This document shows positions 53,990 through 64,000 of a stretch of 64,000 nucleotides of DNA, piece by piece. The notes under the pieces are model-generated. The model worked only from the letters and a program-made list of their open reading frames with translations. It did no database searches and was not told the DNA's origin. This DNA is from Podarcis melisellensis (lineage: Eukaryota), in NCBI GenBank assembly GCA_964234715.1, contig OZ174282.1. One strand, 5' to 3'. Position 1 is the first letter of the stretch. Each line of letters starts with the position of its first letter. Both the position numbers and the translations under genes were made by a program.

Positions 53990-54149
53990 CAGTGGCATAG
54001 CGTGGGGGGTGCAGGGGGGGCCGGCCACACCATCTGGGGGTTAGGGTTAGGGGGCGCAAATCCACGGGTTAGGGGGCGCAAATCCATGGGTTAGGGGATG
54101 CAAATTACTTGCCTTGCCCTGGGTGCTGACAACCCACGCTATGCCACTG
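53990..54149 (-). mobile_element. hAT MITE, same family as 28282-28491
   Basis: TIRs cagtggcatagcgtggg / cccacgctatgccactg; perfect 8-bp TSD catgcaca; internal TTAGGG-containing repeats. Confidence 0.88.
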
Positions 54150-57100
54150 CATGCACAGACCCACAGGCAAATGCCCAGCAGCAAGGTTACCTCTCCAGGG
54201 AACAAGAGGCACGGCCTTTCCCTGGATCTCACTGTAGCAGCCCTTGCAGCTTGCCCGGCTCCCACCCTGCTGGGAGGCACCTGGGCAGAGGGCATCAGTA
54301 GGGCAGCGCCCTCTGGAGCTGCTCTTTTGGAAGTCTGTGCCCCAGAGAGAAGGAGCACCAAGGGTTGCCAGAGAGGGTGTGGACATTGGCCATGAAGGTG
54401 GTCTTGCAGCTCTGTCACATCTCTTTTGCCAGGTGGCTCTGGGTCTCTGGTGGTGTCAGTCAAGAGGGGAGCCTGCCATGCCTTGGATGCTGCACCAGGC
54501 TGCAGTGAAGCTTTGGGCTGGCATGGGTGGGCAGCAGCACCTCAGGGCATTGTGTCACACTGCCCTGGGATTGGGATACAAACCCTCTTTCCTGCAGGCA
54601 TCTTTTGTTTCCTCCACACAGAAGAGCTGTGCTGGCCGAATAGCTCCTTCCCACCCCGCCCTCTCAGCACACACCTCCATAGGTTGGAGCAGGTGCCTCT
54701 CCTGGGAGTTCCCTCCTTTCCTCCTGACAGCAGCCTTCACACCACACAGCACCCAGCAGTGCAGGACTGGGCTGATCTGCTGCCAGGGCACAACCAGCTC
54801 TTCCTGTTGCTTGTGGCTCCTCAAGGAAGCTGGGCTTGCGACCCCAGGAGGCCCCTGGATCAACGGGAGGTGAGTGAGACGGGAGGCTCTGTGGGAGAAA
54901 AGTGTGCGCCTGCCAGTGGGAGAGCATGTGTCTGTTTCCGCCATGCTGCTTGGATGCCCAGGATCAAAGAGGGAGACACTGACCTGCATTAACAAGTGAT
55001 CCCTATCGGATGAAAACTCTGCCAGGGATCTGGCATAAGGAACAGCAGAGGTAAGGGCCTAGGGGTGCGTTGCAGGGTATTTTACTGCCTGCTTAACTAG
55101 TGAAATAAAACCCCACCCTTCTTCCCACAAGATGGAAGGCGTTGCCCCAACGGCCCCTGGAAGATGAGAGGCAAAGAGGGCAGCTGCTTCCTTCACTGCA
55201 GAGAAGCTATACGCTGGCCACCAGATGTGCAGCCCTGGGCTGTCCTCTGCTTAAGCAGCTGGTGAATGCAGTGGTCACAGAAGGAGAAGTCCAAGGGAGG
55301 GTAACGGGGTGGGAGCCCAGTGGAAGATGCAGCAGGGAGGGAACTGTTCCCAGTCACACAAAAATATTGTGGGTGCATTCATATAGACCTTCCTAAAACT
55401 CCCAGGTGTCAGATCCGGACTGCTGAGAGCCCGTTGGGCAGAATATGCTCTTGCAGCTTGTCCTGACACAGCTGCCCCTCTTGGAATTAACCCGGCAGTG
55501 TGTGAAACTGACTTGTGTGTGGAAAGGGGAGGGAGCACCTTGCATGGTTCGTCTGTTCAAGAGGCTCTGTTTCTGCTCCCGTGTTGAGGCTGCCAACAAC
55601 CTGGGGTTTTGCTTTCTTGACATCGGATGTTTTCATCTGTGCAGAAGAGGCATTGCTAGCTAGCTAGCTTGCCTTCCCAGATGTCTTTGGTATTACCGTA
55701 ATTTGCCCTGGCTGCATGAGACTGGCTTCTGAGATTGAAGGGCTGAGATAGGAGGTCTATTGCTTCTCTGGAGGCAGCTCAGAAGCCTTTAGTGATTCAG
55801 GAGCCTCTGGTGAGGTTTTTTGGATGTAGTGTGTGTGCGTGTGCGTGCACACATGCTTTATTTGCAGTTGGGGGTGTTTAGGTGCTTGCCTATTGTTGAT
55901 TCTGAGGCTCACCAGTTTTTATTATTTGGCACTGATATTTTGCGATGCTCATAAGAGATTCTTAGATTCCCAAAAGTGCCTCTTGCACCTGTTCTGTGCT
56001 ATATTGCTTAATAATTTTATCTTTGATAATGCTTCCCACCCGTTTACACAGAACCAACATTATGCTAACCAGCTTGTAATTCCCCCCCTTGCATTCCCAT
56101 TTTTAAAAGGTCAGGTGGCATCTATAATGCAAGCAACACGGTGGGATTGGCACTGCATGCCACAATGCAGCCCCCTCCCCACCCCACAGGGAAGGAATTC
56201 CCAGAAGGATGTCTATTTTAAAAGCATAAGGGCATTGATTTCCCTTTGGGGATGGCAGCATTAGTGGCTATAGGCATTTGCTCCCCTCGTCTCTGAGGCA
56301 GCTCCCACCAAAAACCTCAGAGACTGCCAAGCTCTGACTCCTCCCCTGCCAACTCCTCACTCAGTTCAGGAACTAGTGGTATGTATGTTTCTTCAAAACC
56401 AGTTGCCCATGAATAATTTCTGAGCAATTCAAAGAGTTTAAGAGTAATAATTTGGAGTACTCCCTGCTAAGGATAGCAATGATATAAATGTGGGAGAAGG
56501 TCTTTCCCAAAGTCTCATCTTGTGTTCTCCCTCCCATATATGCTGTGAAGAGAAACCACGTGTCAACAAAATGGTCGCCCTGCACCGCTCTGCATAGAAT
56601 TCTGTGTTCTTGCATCTTTACTGCTTCTGTGTTACTTTTATGATAGTGCAATTTGCCATACTTCATCCAACCTGAGACTGCCACTGATGAGCAATTTCCA
56701 GACGGGTAAGATCCAGGAGAAATACCATGAGATAGCTATGACAAAATAGGGTAGTAAAGGACTACAGTGGGATCAGGATCTATTGGCTGCTTCATAATTC
56801 CTGCAATTTCAGCAAGAATCCCTGCCCAGAGCACACAGATCCAGAGGCAATGCCACCATGTGTAGCAGAATGTCCTCATTTTGCTGCCGCCCCTCCAGCA
56901 TTGTGGAGAAAGGTTTTTGCTGATGTGCCATAATGGGTTAATCAGGATGCTTGGGATGCAGTACCATCAATATGCTGTTTTGAGCACATCTTTATGAAAT
57001 GGGGCTCTCAGGAGCTGCCTAGACCCATATCCCCTGCCATTTTGTCTTCTGCCCAGACCCAATTCCCAGGTTGCCATCAGGTCAGTTGTTTCTCTACAAT

Positions 57101-57453
57101 TCCTATTTAACCTTTCTTTATATGACTGACAACACACCCTTTCAAAGTGACAGCTGAATATGCACATGTATATTTAGAAAACATCATGGACCTAAGAACA
57201 TTATCTGTTCTGGCCAACTTATTTGCAAAAGCCAGAATTTGTCCGAGTTGTCCAAGCTGATCAAAACCAATGGATTTGATCAGCCTTACTTAGCCTGTCT
57301 ACAAGTGCTTTTCCAGTTAGCACTCAAACAGCTCTCCAGTTCTGAATACAGGATGGGTGTTGAAAGGTCTTGGCCCTAGGAGCATAGTGGTTCAATTCTC
57401 TGAAATGTGTTCTCTTTCTCTCTCTTTACCCACCCTCAAGACTTTGGGCTGCC

Positions 57454-58650
57454 ATGCTGAAGCTGACCAGGTTAATAGTTCTTGTGATCTTGGCGATACA
57501 GGTCATTGCCCTCACCTTCTGGTTTCAGCTTCATGGCAGGAAATGTCCCCTGGCGCAGGAGCCATCCCAGGTGCACATTCTCATCCTCTCCTCCTGGAGG
57601 TCAGGGTCTTCTTTCGTCGGGCAGATCTTCAGCCAACACCCTGATGCCTTCTACATGATGGAGCCAGCCTGGCACATCTGGGCAACCATGTACCAAAACA
57701 GCGCCAAGGTCCTGCACATGGCAGTGCGGGACCTCATCCGGTCAGTCTTCAAGTGCGACATGTCAGTCTTCGATGCCTACCTTCCACAGAAGAGAAATGT
57801 GTCAGAACTCTTCCAGTGGGAGGTCAGCCGGGCCCTGTGTTCCCCACCAGTGTGCAACTCCTTCCAGCGCAGTGACTTCATCTCCAAGCATGCCTGCAAG
57901 ATGCTCTGTAGGAAATCCCCCTTCAGCAAAGTCGAAGAGGCCTGCAGGTCTTACAGCCATGTTGTCCTGAAGGTGGTCCGGATCTTTGACCTCAAGGTGC
58001 TCTATCCTCTCCTTAATGACCCCTCCCTGAACCTCAAAATCATCCACCTGGTCCGTGACCCCAGAGCCGTTTTCCACTCTCGCAAGAACACAGAAGGTAG
58101 CCTGGCCCGGGACACGAGGATTGTGCTGAGACACAAGAGGAATGCAATGGATACCGAGCCCTACGCTGCCATGCGGGAGATTTGCAAAAGTCATGTTGAG
58201 ATTTACACTGAAGGCAGGCAGGCCCTTCCCAGCACCTTCCAAGATCGCTACCTCTTGGTGCGGTATGAAGATATTGCCAGCAATCCCTTGGCTAAAGCTG
58301 CTCAGCTCTACAGTTTTGCAGGACTGCCCTTCTCTCCTAACCTTCAGTCCTGGGTGCACAACATCACCCATGGGCAGGGCCTTGGCAAGCAGGCCTTTGA
58401 TGTTGACTCCAGGGATGCAGTGAATGTGTCACAGGCTTGGAGGAAGGCCCTTCCTTATCTCCAAATAGCAAAGCTGCAAGAGGTCTGTAAGGATGCCTTG
58501 AAGCTACTGGGCTATCCGCTAGTTAGGTCTGAGGAAGAGCAGAAGAATATGGCCTCAGACCTCTTTTATGCCCAAACGCCTCTTGTCAATGAGGAAAGCA
58601 AAAGGAGCCTGGAAGCATCACCTGCAATTTATTGGACTTGGACTAGATGA
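57454..58650 (+). CDS. CHST4: Carbohydrate sulfotransferase 4 (GlcNAc-6-O-sulfotransferase 2), 398 aa
   Basis: Single coding exon with an acceptor at 57440 and gccATG. Type II TM anchor, 5'-PSB motif SSWRSGSSFVGQ, 3'-PB motif VRDPRAVFHSR, plus VRYED and WVHNIT. CHST4/5/6 family; adjacency to TAT favours CHST4. Confidence 0.9.
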   Translation: MLKLTRLIVLVILAIQVIALTFWFQLHGRKCPLAQEPSQVHILILSSWRSGSSFVGQIFSQHPDAFYMMEPAWHIWATMYQNSAKVLHMAVRDLIRSVFKCDMSVFDAYLPQKRNVSELFQWEVSRALCSPPVCNSFQRSDFISKHACKMLCRKSPFSKVEEACRSYSHVVLKVVRIFDLKVLYPLLNDPSLNLKIIHLVRDPRAVFHSRKNTEGSLARDTRIVLRHKRNAMDTEPYAAMREICKSHVEIYTEGRQALPSTFQDRYLLVRYEDIASNPLAKAAQLYSFAGLPFSPNLQSWVHNITHGQGLGKQAFDVDSRDAVNVSQAWRKALPYLQIAKLQEVCKDALKLLGYPLVRSEEEQKNMASDLFYAQTPLVNEESKRSLEASPAIYWTWTR

Positions 58651-60437
58651 GACATCAGAAGCTTCCTAACACTATTGGTCCATTCGGCTCACTATTTTTC
58701 ACACTGACTGGCAGTGGCTCTGCCAGCAAGATGGCAGCTTGACTTGAACTGTTCCTGAAATACAGCAGTCATGCAAAAAAGAAAAAAATAAGAAAAAAAT
58801 GCAACAGCCCACAAGGGAGAAGTTTGCCCAGCTCGTCACAGAATCTTGTCACTTCCATTTCTGCAAGTTTGCAGCCTGTTACAGCTGAAATTACGCCCAG
58901 GGACAGGGATCTGGACACAGCAATGGAATCACCTCTTCCCTTTCTGTTTGAAAAGCTGGGGGGACAGATGGGTTTGGCTTACATTCAGGCCCTGAATCCA
59001 ACAAGCACCCTTTCATAATATGGTCTCTTAATGGTAATATGGTCTGTTTTGCAGACTAGCACACTTATTAAGGCATAGGCTGTGTTAATTGGATTACCAA
59101 TGCCAGAATGTTTGTGTGGTAACTAGGTTTTGTGGGAACGGCCAGTGTAAATGACATAAAAATCAATTTCTGTACTTTTCTGCATTTTCTTCCCTTCTGA
59201 CTTAACTGTTGACAATTCCTACTCCTGAGCTGTGTATGTTTGCACCTGTAACTCAGGATAACACCTTGTGCATCTGATGAAGCCAACTGGAGTTCACAAA
59301 AGCTTATGCCAAAATAAATTTCTAAGTTGTTAAGGTGCCAGAAGACTCTTTGTTGGTTCTGCTATAAGAGACTAATAAAACTAATCCTAAACCCTCTGTG
59401 GGAAATAAGCTCAATAACTGTCAATCTGGCTAACTGGCAGACATCTCATACAAACCTGAGCATAGAGGCACCCAGAGACTTCCCCAGATCCTACAAAGGC
59501 AGAGTCAAGGGTCGTTTCTGTGCAGGGGCCAGTGCAGAAATGTAGCCCCCACAATGCCTTCAACTCATGAGAGTAACTGAGGAAGATTGGGAGGGGGGGC
59601 TACAAATGAGAGGATTTCTGTGGTTCTTCGTCTCATCCAATCTAGCAGTCCAGTGTCTGCAACTTTCAAACTCACCCGGAGCATCCTTACAAGCCACAAC
59701 GGAGAGCTATTGCTAACTCCCAAAAAATCAAGCCTTCTTAAAAGTGCATATCTACTGAAAGAGTTCCTACAGAAAGCCTTGGTATATTTCTCACAATGCA
59801 ATGACCAGGAGAAGGTTAGAGAAGCAGGGTATAAAATGTTGGCCCAAAGTACAAGCACCAAGTCAAGAGTGTCTTCCATGATGTTGAGAGTCCTTGGCCA
59901 TGCTGGGTGATGGCAAAATGAGGTTTGGTTCAATGGCTTGTATGTGTGAAAGAGCATGAAGTCTGTGGTTGGATGAAAGGAAATGCCAAAGGGCATTGAT
60001 CCCCTTGGCTGGGGAATCAGCTGTCAAGAGATAGTTGACCTCTTGTGTGAGGAAAATAAGCCTTTATTGTAGATCTTGAAGCACCTCCCAGTGAAGCAAA
60101 AAGAGGCCTCAGATTTCCCAAAGCTGTAAAGTCCCTGACACAATGGGGGCCCTTAACAGCTCATGAGCAAAGCAAAATGAGGTCCTCATTCTTATAGCAA
60201 AATGCATATATTTTAAAGTAACAGTACTAGTAAAAACTAATTAAGACCAATAGTCAGCGCTTACAAAAACTCATTCCTTTTTCTAACCAAATATCCCACA
60301 GTCCAAACCACTCCTTTCTTGACAGTAAACACTAAGTGCCAGCCCAAAACAAAATATTTCTTTTGTGCAGTTTTTCTCCAACTGCCACCCCTCCCATAGT
60401 CCTCTTTTCATTATCCATAGAATGCTCTCATCCTGAG

Positions 60438-60858
60438 CAGTGGCATAGCAACGTCAGATGGTACCCAGTGTGGAAAATTTCTTGTCACCCCCCCCCACAT
60501 TGAAATTCTTAAAACAAGGGAAAATAAGTGTTATTTTCTGGCTTATTTACTTAACATTGTGAGCATAAGCACTTAAAATCTTTTTTTTCTAACTTTGTTC
60601 TCTGCAAATTTTGAAATCACATCATTAAAATCAATTCTTTGCTACTTTGTTTTCAGTTGACAAGATGGCTAAGCCAGAGAGCTTTGCTGATCCCTGTGGG
60701 AATGTTCAGGGAGGCAGGAGAGGATATATTGTTTAATCATATCCTTCCCAACCTGTGTTAACAAGTTCTATGATTTAGCAGAGTAACATTCCCCTTTTAA
60801 ACTTACACAGTGGATAGATTTGCCAGGCTTGAATAAGCCTCTAAAATAAGTTTCCTGG

Positions 60859-60910
<52 letters not shown>

Positions 60911-62120
60911 TTATTATTTGTACACCGCCAATCTGGCTGGGCTTCCCCAGGCTCTCTGGGCGGCTTCCAACATAGATGAAAGATACACTAAAATGTCACA
61001 TATTAAAAACTTCCCTGAACAGGGCTGCCTTCAGATGTCTTCTGAATGTCAGGTAGATGTTTATCGCTTTGACAACTGATGGGAGGGCGTTCCACAGGGC
61101 GGGCGCCACTACCGAGAAGGCCCTCTGCCTGGTTACCTGTAACTTGGCCTCTCGCAGTGAGGGAACCGCCAGAAGGCCCTCGGAGCTGGACCTCAGTGTC
61201 CGGGCAGAACGGAGCTGGACCGCAGTGTCCGGGCAGTGTCCGGGTAATTCCCCTTTAATCCCCTTTAAAAGAATAGACATGACACAGTCTTGTATAAAAG
61301 TATATAAAATAGTTTACTCACATGGCTTATACAGGAAATGTTGTACAGAGGCTCATGTTTCCTCATGCTATGATTATGAGAATGGAAAAGGCTGCTGTGA
61401 TGGGGATTTTGTGGAAGGACCAGGAAACAGGAGCCTGTCTGGCCCTATGCATGTTACTGTATGCATGTTCACTGGTGTGATTTTTACAGAGTTCAACTGG
61501 GGCTTACTCCCATTTGCGCTCTGTTGGAGGGTATGCATGATGTCGCTGCATAAACACCAGAAACAAATTTAAGGAAGTTGGCTTTAGCGCATGTGAGAGG
61601 AGAACAAGTCCATTTTCTGGGCTGTTTTTCCTCCCCACTAAGATTTGCAGTTAACAGAGCTGCTTGAGAGAAGACGCCCACCTGCCCGCCACCCCCTGAA
61701 TCTCCCTGGGTGGGGGAAAGGAGAAGGCAGGCGGGGGGAGGGGTGTGGGAAATAGAACAGCGTGCTCCTGCGCACATTGCTCCTGCCTCTGCCTGATCCC
61801 AAACCGGAGGCGCATTCCCAGTCCAAGGCGACGCATGTGCAGCCATGCCATCATGTGGCCTCCCTGAGGAGGGGTGCTGGTGTCCTGGGGATTCAGGCTT
61901 GCACTGACCTCTCCCCACCCTCAGCCTCCACCCCCACCACGCTCTACTTCTTTGCCACAGAGCAACCAGCAGTGGCGGCAGAAGGAGCATGGCAGCGTTG
62001 TTTGCCCGAAGTCACTTTCTTTCGGGGGCCGGGAGTGGGCGCATTGAGCATTCTGTCACCCCCCTCACGGTGACACCAGGGGCGACCTGCCCCCACTGCC
62101 ACCCACTTCCTACACCACTA
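60438..62120. mobile_element. About 1.7-kb non-autonomous hAT element with a nested L2 fragment
   Basis: Termini cagtggcatag / ctacaccacta; perfect 8-bp TSD atcctgag (60430-60437, 62121-62128). Confidence 0.8.
60862..61215 (-). mobile_element. L2-type LINE 3' fragment with (ATT)n tail
   Basis: Minus frame RTLRSS..LLAVP..RAFSVVAPALWNALP..FRRHLK; (AAT)n at 60862-60910. Shorter copies of the same end lie at about 3081-3180 and 17290-17390. Confidence 0.85.
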
Positions 62121-64000
62121 ATCCTGAGACCTCTGCAAAGGAGCTGAGGTGTAATTTAGTCTTGAAGAATTCATGGTTAGCTTCTGTGTGAAAAGCCCTC
62201 TAATGTAGTTCACACATCTGATCTGTTTCAACAACAAAGTTCACATCAAGCCTGGTTCCAATCAATGTGGTTGCTGTTCTACTTGCTTCAGCGAGGTAGG
62301 GCTGGATACAAGATGACCAAATTAGCCATTTCCTTTCAGGGTTTATGACGATCCACATGTGCTCTTATTTATATAATATTTTTACAGTCCAAATTAATTT
62401 TGCAGTGGAGACTTGCATCAGTCCTAACAGTGCTCCCTTTTTCTGTTTTCCACTACCATCACAGACCATTTTTGTCATGGTTTCCTGCCATCTCCTTCCA
62501 TCTCTGCTGATGTTTTCTACCATTTACAGCAGTTTTCCACCTGCCTCATAGACACAATACTGAATGTCAACACCCTGGTTGCTCCCATATTTTCTTTGAG
62601 AAGTTAGAATGTTCATGAAGATTCCACAACATCACCATCATACAGGGGCAGGGATGGCCAAAAGTGATGATCAGATAGAATGTATTCATTTCATAGCATA
62701 ACCTTTTGAGGCTGGCGAGTGCCACATCTATTCCTAGTAGGAGCCTTTGATAATGCCTTAAGGGCCAGTTCATGGATGAGTGATCAAGCTTAAGAGCATG
62801 TGAAAACGTATATACTTTGGCAGTGGCCAGTGTGGCTCTAGTCAGCTGTGTAAACCTCCTTAATCTGGCTGATTGATCTTTTAGAGCTCCTGAATGTTTG
62901 TATTTCACAAAACTCTTGAAAAACCTGTCAAAGAGATAAGTTACTGTTGGCACCTATAACACTTTTTTGCCGCATGATTTGGGCAGAACATTCAGAGGAT
63001 GTGGCATTTAATGAGGAAGGGAGCATAGACAGATTCTGTTCACTCATTTGTTCCATACCTGGCTGTTCGGCTATTTCTCTTTCCTTACCAACTCAAGGAA
63101 GCCAGTGCCACACACAGAGACCTGAATACATACCTATATTTACTGTACCTCCATCCAAGGTGCATTTGCCATGATGTGGCAGAAATTTATCACATACTCC
63201 AATACCATCATACAAGTTGTTTGCCCTTCTCTACATCTATTTTTAAAAAATTAAGTCTGCAGCCTCTGTGTCATCGGCTACCTTATTTTAACCAGATAAA
63301 CTACCCTTAAAAATTAGGTAGAGTTTTTGTTGTTGTTGCTGCTGTTATTGATTTTCAATTTTTGTATCTTTATTTTTAGATCTTACAATGATTTGTGTGG
63401 GAATTGTTCAATTATGGATGTGTTTTATTTATTGTTTATGACTAGTTTTGTTATGTTTTGATTATGTAAATATTTTCATGTTCATGTACGAAAGGCGGCG
63501 TACAAATTAGATGATGATGATGATTAAATGTTCTTCTACAAGAAATCCCAGGCTGGTGTCTGAATAGCCAAGATGATGAGCAATACTATGCATTTGCTAC
63601 AGAACATGTAGGTGCTCCCCCTCAGCACTCTTGTTAGCCTAAATGATGGGGGTGGGGTGTATGTGTATCTATCTAAGTAGGTGTGTTCTGGCTCCAGAAA
63701 TCATTCCAGTGACTAAGTGCATCAGTGCTACTGAATATTCTTGACTGGGTGGAAGCACTTCTGGAGAGAGGGATGGGGGGGGGATGACCCCACAGGAAGA
63801 CCCAAGCAATGCTCCAACCTTAGGGGATTGGCTAAAGTCGAGCCAAAAATGTGTGGCTGTCTGTTGCCAAGTACCTCAGAATCAGCCACTGCCACACCTA
63901 AGTTCCAACTTATGGCAAACTGGCGAAGGGAGAATAAAGAGGCTGATTGTACCAGGTCCACAGAAATCTCCTGTGAAGTAAATAAAGGCTTTATGTACAA

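Noticed and set aside
57967-57984. CHST4 KVVR instead of KEVR as a loss-of-function sign
   Set aside because: This position varies among GlcNAc/Gal-6-O-sulfotransferase paralogs, and both PAPS-binding motifs are intact.
57802-58371. Antisense ORFs over CHST4, MARVELD3 and TAT exons
   Set aside because: Shadow frames caused by codon bias of the real genes.
62650-62680. TFGHP motif resembling the GHP motif of Mononegavirales L polymerases
   Set aside because: Isolated 5-residue match; no KEKE, GDNQ or other L motifs found in the neighbouring frames.

Overview
Eukaryotic, intron-containing vertebrate DNA. The repeat content (Sauria/Squam-type SINEs, lizard-type L1/L2 ends, hAT and mariner MITEs) points to a squamate reptile, probably a lacertid lizard; that assignment is an inference. 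Four intact protein genes can be built exon by exon with GT-AG junctions: AP1G1 (+, 22 constitutive coding exons plus a 9-nt microexon, hosting the snoRNA SNORD71), MARVELD3 (-, 2 coding exons), TAT (+, 11 coding exons) and CHST4 (+, 1 coding exon). This is the block syntenic with human 16q22, with three differences: PHLPP2 is missing from between AP1G1 and MARVELD3, the second MARVELD3 terminal exon is missing, and CHST4 is flipped relative to TAT. Other observations: a templated copy of an AP1G1 exon fragment inside an intron, an apparent splice-acceptor shift in the AP1G1 hinge, a template-switch inversion in a LINE, nested transposons, MITEs with telomere-like repeats, and an unidentified retrocopy-like unit next to a CCAAT-rich solo LTR. 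Most entries in the ORF track are spurious intronic or antisense frames. I found no convincing new multi-gene system. Comparisons with human sequences and gene order are from memory and need alignment checks.
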